Part shown: one piece after another, positions 58,997-64,000 of the stretch
How positions within the stretch are numbered: the stretch's first letter is position 1
Layout: every line of letters starts with the position of its first letter
Source of the DNA: an uncultured Spirochaetota bacterium
Lineage (GTDB): Bacteria; Spirochaetota; Brevinematia; Brevinematales; JAOACQ01
Assembly: GCA_963835575.1 (NCBI GenBank)
Contig: CAWIGG010000002.1
Span: 672,001 to 736,000, forward strand
DNA: 64,000 nucleotides
Reading direction: 5' to 3'
Position numbers and translations under genes: made by a program
Notes under the pieces: generated by a model
Databases searched by the model: none
Seen by the model: the letters and a program-made list of their open reading frames with translations, nothing else
What the model was told of the DNA's origin: nothing

Positions 58997-60421
58997 ATGG
59001 CAATTTATAATAATCCCCTGGAAACCCGCTATGCGTCAAAAGAAATGCTTTCATTATTTTCCGAAGAAACAAAATTCCTGACATGGCGCGACTGCTGGAT
59101 CGCCCTCGCCGAGGCGGAAAAAGAACTCGGCCTGAATATCACAAAGGAGCAGATAGAGGACCTTAAAAAAAACAGGGACAATTTGAATCTAGAAAGAGCG
59201 CGCGAAATCGAGAAGGAAATCCATCATGACGTTATGAGCCATATCCGGGCTTACGGCGAAGCGGCGGAAAAAGCGAAGGGGATCATCCATCTCGGCGCGA
59301 CATCCGCTTATGTCACGGACAATACGGATATGATCATATTTAAAAAGGCCCTCCTCCTGATAAAACAGCGGCTTGTAACCCTGATCAATGAATTAAAGGA
59401 CAAATGCCTTGAATATAAAGATATGCCGGTGCTCGGATACACGCATCTTCAGCCGGCCCAGCCGACAACGCTCGGCAAGCGGATGAGCCTCTGGCTTTAT
59501 GACCTTGTTCTTGATTTTGAGGACATGGAATTCCGCCTATCGCGGTTTACGACACGGGGCGTCAAGGGAACAACGGGGACACAGGCCAGCTTCATGGAGC
59601 TCTTTGAAGGGGATAATAAAAAAGTTAAGCGATTGGACTATCTTGTGGCCCAAAAGCTGGGTTTTGATTCGAGCGTACCCGTCAGCGGGCAGACCCTTTC
59701 AAGAAAGTTCGATGTGCAGATCCTCGATCTTCTTTCGGGAATAGCCCAGTCTGCCCACCGCGCGGCCAATGACATCCGGCTTCTCCAGCACAGCTGGCAG
59801 ATCGAGGAGCCTTTTGATAAAAAGCAGGTCGGTTCTTCCGCCATGCCGTATAAGCGGAACCCGATCCTGGCGGAAAGAATGTCATCGCTTGCTCGCTATG
59901 CCATCAATAATGTCCTGAACGCCGCCTACACCTTCTCATTTCAGTTTCTCGAAAGGACCCTGGATGACTCGGCCAACCGGCGCATCTCGATGGCGGAGGG
60001 ATTCCTGGTCGCAGATTCGATCCTGATCATATATCAGAAGCTGATGAAAGGCCTGAATGTTTATCCGGACGTGATAAATACGCATTTAAAAAACAATCTG
60101 CCCTTCTTTGCCACCGAAAACATCCTGATGAAGGCAGTCAAACATGGCGGAAACAGGCAGGAGCTCCATGAAGTGATCCGCGATTTTGCCATGAGGCAGG
60201 TCGAAGCGATCCGCAAGGGAGAAAAATACGACATGCTTTCTGAAATGAAAAAAAGCGGCAGGTTCAATCTTCCTGAAAATGAATGGAATACCATCGGAAA
60301 TTTCAGCAGCTACACCGGCCGCGCGCCTCGGCAGGTCGAGGAATTTATCAGTGAAACGGTTGAACCCATCCTCAAGAAGAACAAGGAATTCATAGGGATT
60401 AAAGCCGAGATCAGGGTGTAG
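58997..60421 (+). CDS. purB: Adenylosuccinate lyase
   Basis: HDVMSH, IHLGATS, YTHLQPAQPTT, GSSAMPYKRNP, ERTLDDSA. Confidence 0.96.
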   Translation: MAIYNNPLETRYASKEMLSLFSEETKFLTWRDCWIALAEAEKELGLNITKEQIEDLKKNRDNLNLERAREIEKEIHHDVMSHIRAYGEAAEKAKGIIHLGATSAYVTDNTDMIIFKKALLLIKQRLVTLINELKDKCLEYKDMPVLGYTHLQPAQPTTLGKRMSLWLYDLVLDFEDMEFRLSRFTTRGVKGTTGTQASFMELFEGDNKKVKRLDYLVAQKLGFDSSVPVSGQTLSRKFDVQILDLLSGIAQSAHRAANDIRLLQHSWQIEEPFDKKQVGSSAMPYKRNPILAERMSSLARYAINNVLNAAYTFSFQFLERTLDDSANRRISMAEGFLVADSILIIYQKLMKGLNVYPDVINTHLKNNLPFFATENILMKAVKHGGNRQELHEVIRDFAMRQVEAIRKGEKYDMLSEMKKSGRFNLPENEWNTIGNFSSYTGRAPRQVEEFISETVEPILKKNKEFIGIKAEIRV

Positions 60422-60422
60422 A

Positions 60423-60767
60423 CACCAAGGGTAACCCGCGAATGCACGCGAATAAACACGCGAATGAGAAATAAAAGCTGGACGCTGAGTAACCGCAGTG
60501 TTGCTTTACGGTCACTTCGATATGCGGTTTTGCCGCTACACTTTGACTAATGCTCAGTGCGGCGCTCAGTGACCGATCTTTTAAAATAAATGCGGTGTAT
60601 CGAAGCGTCCATATAAATAATCATTTATTATAAAATCCACACCATTCGCTTCTTCCGCGTGCAATTGGGATATTAAGCAAGGATTTTAAATTAATGACTT
60701 TTTATATTAAAATTAACACCAGTAAAACAACTTTGTGGATCTTGGCGGTTCTTTGTGTCTTGGTGGT
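60423..60767. repeat. Nested palindromic intergenic repeats (three arm types)
   Basis: CACCAAG/CTTGGTG outer; CCGCGAATGCACGCGAAT/ATTCGC...CGCGTGCAATT middle; GGACGCT/AGCGTCC and CGGTCACT/AGTGACCG inner. Confidence 0.65.
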
Positions 60768-60791
60768 TAATTAAAAGCATAAGGATAAATC

Positions 60792-63467
60792 ATGCCGGAT
60801 GAAGAATTAAAAGAGGAAGAACAATTAACTTCTGCTCAATTGACTCCGATGGTACGTCAATATCAGGAAATTAAAGCCCGCCACAGGGATAAAATCCTTC
60901 TTTTCAGAGTAGGGGATTTCTATGAGATGTTCTTTGACGACGCGAAGGAAGCCGCGCAGATTTTAAACATCGCGCTGACAGCCCGTAATGATATGCCGAT
61001 GGCGGGATTCCCCTATCACGCGGCCGCCCAGTATATTTATAAACTTATTTCCGCCGGGAAAAAAGCGGCAGTCTGCGAACAGCTGGAAGACCCGTCAAAA
61101 GCCAAAGGCCTGGTCAAACGCGACATCGTCAGCATTGTGACGCCGGGCACAGTGATAGATGATAATTATCTTGGAAAGAAGCAGAATAATTATCTCCTTT
61201 CGATATACGGCAATGCAGAGAGTTTGGCGCTGTCTTTTATCGATATTTCCACTGGAGATTCTTGTGTTCTCTCATCGAAAAGCATTCCGACGGGAAATGA
61301 AAAATACCGTGTTCTGCAGGATGAAATAGCGCGGTTTTCTCCTTCTGAAATCATATACAATGAAAAATTGAAGGATGATCCGGGAATTAACCTGGAGCTT
61401 CAAAATTCCGGCGTCCTTTATGAGGCTTTCCCGGAGTGGTATTTTGAGGATTTTTCAGAAAGCAGTAAAAAATTGAACTACTTAAAGGAAATTAAAGATG
61501 TCCCAGTTCTCAGGAAAAGCCTCCTGGGCGCCGTCCATTACCTTTTTGAGACCCAGGGCGGAAGCGTTAATATCAACGCGGATGATTTTTATAAAAATAT
61601 CCAGTCTGTCTTGAATAATACGCAGATCATGAATAAAAACAGCCTTGTGGAGATGGATGATTTTACCATACGGAATCTGGAACTGATCAAAAATATGCAG
61701 GATGGAGGTAGAAAATTCACACTGCTTGAAGTTCTGGATTCGACGATAACGCCGATGGGCGGCAGGCTTCTCCGGGCGTGGATCCTGATGCCCCTCTATG
61801 ATAAGCAGAAAATTTATGAAAGACAGAATTTTACTGAGGCCTTTTTTGACGACGGCATCCTGACAGCGAAAGTCAGGGATATTTTAAAGAAGATCAGCGA
61901 TATTGAAAGGCTTTCCGCGAGAATTGCCTTGAAAAGGGTTATCCCGAGGGAACTGCCGTCGCTTTCATCTTCTCTTAAACATACTGTTGAATTAAAGAAT
62001 ATTCTGATTTCCAGAGACGATTTAAAATCTCTTGCCGGACAGATTATTGAGCTCAATGATGTGTCTGAACTGATCGACCGTTCCATTCTGGAAGAGCCGT
62101 CTTCCACGTTCGGCGGGGAAGTGATAAAAGAAGGCTATGATGAAGAGCTTGACAGGCTCAGAAAAATGATGCGGGAAGGCAAAGACTGGATCATCAAGCT
62201 TCAGAACCAGGAGAGGGAAAAAACAGGGATTAATTCGCTTAAAGTGAAATATAATAATATCTTCGGTTATTTTATCGAGATCAGCAAGGCGAATCTGGAC
62301 GGTGTGCCGCCGCATTATATCCGTAAACAGAGCCTTGTCAACGCCGAGCGTTATACAATTCCGGAGCTTTCCGAATATGAAATGCAGATCAACAGCGCCA
62401 CGGAAAAAGTAGTCAAACTGGAAGAGGAAATATTCAGCCGGGTCGTTGATGAAGTCGCCCAAAAAACCCCTCTCCTACAGAAAATCGCCCATACGGTGGC
62501 ACTTATTGACATTTATTCAAACTTTGCCGTAACGGCAAAAGAAAATAATTATGTAAAGCCGTCGATTACCGAAGAAGGGGATTTTCATATCATTGAGGGC
62601 AGGCATGCGGTCGTTGAAAAATATATGGGAAAAAACCTCTTTGTGCCGAATGACACCATTCTCGATAATGATGAGAACAGGATCCTGATCCTGACAGGTC
62701 CGAATATGGCCGGTAAATCCACATACCTGAGGCAGAACGCCCTTATTTCGGTAATGGCGCAGATCGGGAGCTTTGTGCCCGCGCGGGAAGCCCGTATAGG
62801 GCTGGTGGATAAAATCTTTACCCGCATCGGCGCTTCAGATAACCTCGCGCAGGGCCAGTCCACGTTTTTGGTCGAGATGCGGGAAGCGGCCAATATCCTG
62901 CGCAATTCCACGAAAAAGAGCCTGATCATTATGGACGAGCTCGGGCGGGGTACTTCCACGTATGACGGACTTTCCATAGCCTGGGCTGTTGTCGAATATC
63001 TTCATGAACACCCTGAAAAGGGCGGCAAGACTCTCTTCGCGACGCATTATCATGAACTGACCAGGCTCGGCGAAAAAAAGGGCATCCAGAATTACAATAT
63101 AGCCGTCAGGGAATACAAAGACGAGCTTGTTTTCCTCCGCAAGGTGATCGCGGGTCCGGCAGACCGCAGTTACGGGATTTATGTGGCCAAACTTGCCGGA
63201 ATACCGCAGGAGATCATAGATAGGGCCAAGATCATTCTGGAAACCCTGGAAGCCGGAGGCAACCAGGCGAAAAACAGGATCGAATCCATATTTGATAAAG
63301 AATACAGGAAATCAAAACAGGAGCTTAAAACATCCTCTGAAATAGACCTTTTTACAGACCAGTCCTACCAGAATATAATCGATAAGATCAGGAACATCGA
63401 TATCAACCGCATCACGCCTCTTGAGGCCATTACATTCCTTGCGGAGCTGAAGAAGCTGATAAAATAA
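60792..63467 (+). CDS. mutS: DNA mismatch repair protein MutS
   Basis: TPMVRQY, GDFYEMF, TPGT, GPNMAGKSTY, STFLVEM, DELGRGTST, FATHYHEL. Confidence 0.97.
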   Translation: MPDEELKEEEQLTSAQLTPMVRQYQEIKARHRDKILLFRVGDFYEMFFDDAKEAAQILNIALTARNDMPMAGFPYHAAAQYIYKLISAGKKAAVCEQLEDPSKAKGLVKRDIVSIVTPGTVIDDNYLGKKQNNYLLSIYGNAESLALSFIDISTGDSCVLSSKSIPTGNEKYRVLQDEIARFSPSEIIYNEKLKDDPGINLELQNSGVLYEAFPEWYFEDFSESSKKLNYLKEIKDVPVLRKSLLGAVHYLFETQGGSVNINADDFYKNIQSVLNNTQIMNKNSLVEMDDFTIRNLELIKNMQDGGRKFTLLEVLDSTITPMGGRLLRAWILMPLYDKQKIYERQNFTEAFFDDGILTAKVRDILKKISDIERLSARIALKRVIPRELPSLSSSLKHTVELKNILISRDDLKSLAGQIIELNDVSELIDRSILEEPSSTFGGEVIKEGYDEELDRLRKMMREGKDWIIKLQNQEREKTGINSLKVKYNNIFGYFIEISKANLDGVPPHYIRKQSLVNAERYTIPELSEYEMQINSATEKVVKLEEEIFSRVVDEVAQKTPLLQKIAHTVALIDIYSNFAVTAKENNYVKPSITEEGDFHIIEGRHAVVEKYMGKNLFVPNDTILDNDENRILILTGPNMAGKSTYLRQNALISVMAQIGSFVPAREARIGLVDKIFTRIGASDNLAQGQSTFLVEMREAANILRNSTKKSLIIMDELGRGTSTYDGLSIAWAVVEYLHEHPEKGGKTLFATHYHELTRLGEKKGIQNYNIAVREYKDELVFLRKVIAGPADRSYGIYVAKLAGIPQEIIDRAKIILETLEAGGNQAKNRIESIFDKEYRKSKQELKTSSEIDLFTDQSYQNIIDKIRNIDINRITPLEAITFLAELKKLIK

Positions 63468-63476
63468 TTTTCTAAA

Positions 63477-63603
63477 CACCTGGACAAAAAGACACTAAGA
63501 TTCACAAACGGGGTTATCCGCGAATGCACGCGAATTTACGCAAATTGGAATAAAGTTTTGAATCGAATAATTTTCATTAGCGTGTATTCGCGTGACTTCG
63601 CGG
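63477..63603. repeat. Second compound palindromic repeat
   Basis: Exact 18-mer CCGCGAATGCACGCGAAT (63518-35) shared with 60436-53; inverted arm at 63576-63603. Confidence 0.65.
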
Positions 63604-63615
63604 AAGACTTGTTAT

Positions 63616-64000
63616 TTATTTCAAAAACCTTTCGAACCAGTCGATGTTCCGCTGTATGCAGTCTTTCCTCATCTGCGGGTCAGCTATATTATGAGGCTGT
63701 CCCTGGTAAATAACGAACTCTGTTTGTATATTGCGCCTCTTCAGGGCTGTGTAGAGTTCCCAGGCCTGACTGACAGGGACGCGGACGTCCTTCCCGCCAT
63801 GCTGTATCAGGACAGGGGTTTTAATTCTTTCCGCGTAATAGAGAGGCGAATGTTTCAAATATAATATTTCCTGCCGGTACGGCGGGCCTTTGAAAAAAGT
63901 ATCCAGCCAATCAGGTATGTCAATTGTGCCGTAAAGGCTGTAGATGTCGGAAATGCCGCCGCCGACGGACGCGGCTTTAAAGATGTTAGTATGAGATATG
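63616..64000 (-). CDS. 3' part of an S9 prolyl-oligopeptidase family peptidase; starts beyond the window
   Basis: FKAASVGGGISD...SPLYYAERIKTPVLIQHGGKDVRVP...IYQGQPH (catalytic D and H). Confidence 0.88.
   Translation of the reverse strand, partial: ISHTNIFKAASVGGGISDIYSLYGTIDIPDWLDTFFKGPPYRQEILYLKHSPLYYAERIKTPVLIQHGGKDVRVPVSQAWELYTALKRRNIQTEFVIYQGQPHNIADPQMRKDCIQRNIDWFERFLK

Overview
Low-GC bacterial chromosomal window, probably from a spirochaete-like lineage (inferred from the gpmI type, a dual cNMP-binding protein and PilZ/LacI-PAS regulators; not verified). It carries housekeeping genes (gpmI, uvrD/pcrA, hisB-hisH-hisA-ispG, clpA, nifS-nifU, rnr, purB, mutS, rnpB) and two accessory regions. 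(1) 20.6-37.4 kb is a three-gene operon. Two colinear ~2,570-aa exported paralogs, each with 13 beta-sandwich-like repeats and a FlgD-Ig/T9SS-CTD-like tail, are followed by a PorV/PorP-SprF-like outer-membrane barrel. This resembles the Bacteroidota cargo-plus-partner arrangement, here in a host that does not look like Bacteroidota. These and other exported proteins are strongly enriched in T-N/S-N and N-X-S/T motifs, which suggests a protein-modification (glycosylation) code. (2) 39.8-46.6 kb is a low-GC island with two independently inserted, inverted IS256 copies (one splits a gene that can be rebuilt in frame), a duplicated promoter module, a heptad-repeat wHTH gene, a 57-aa ORF missed by the ORF track, and a TPR/LapG-like protease. 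Also notable: an RNase P RNA with the same 63-nt hairpin in P3 and P12, a short palindromic element family (one copy in-frame in a CDS), and nested palindromic repeats on both sides of mutS. All calls come from reading the sequence; no searches were run.
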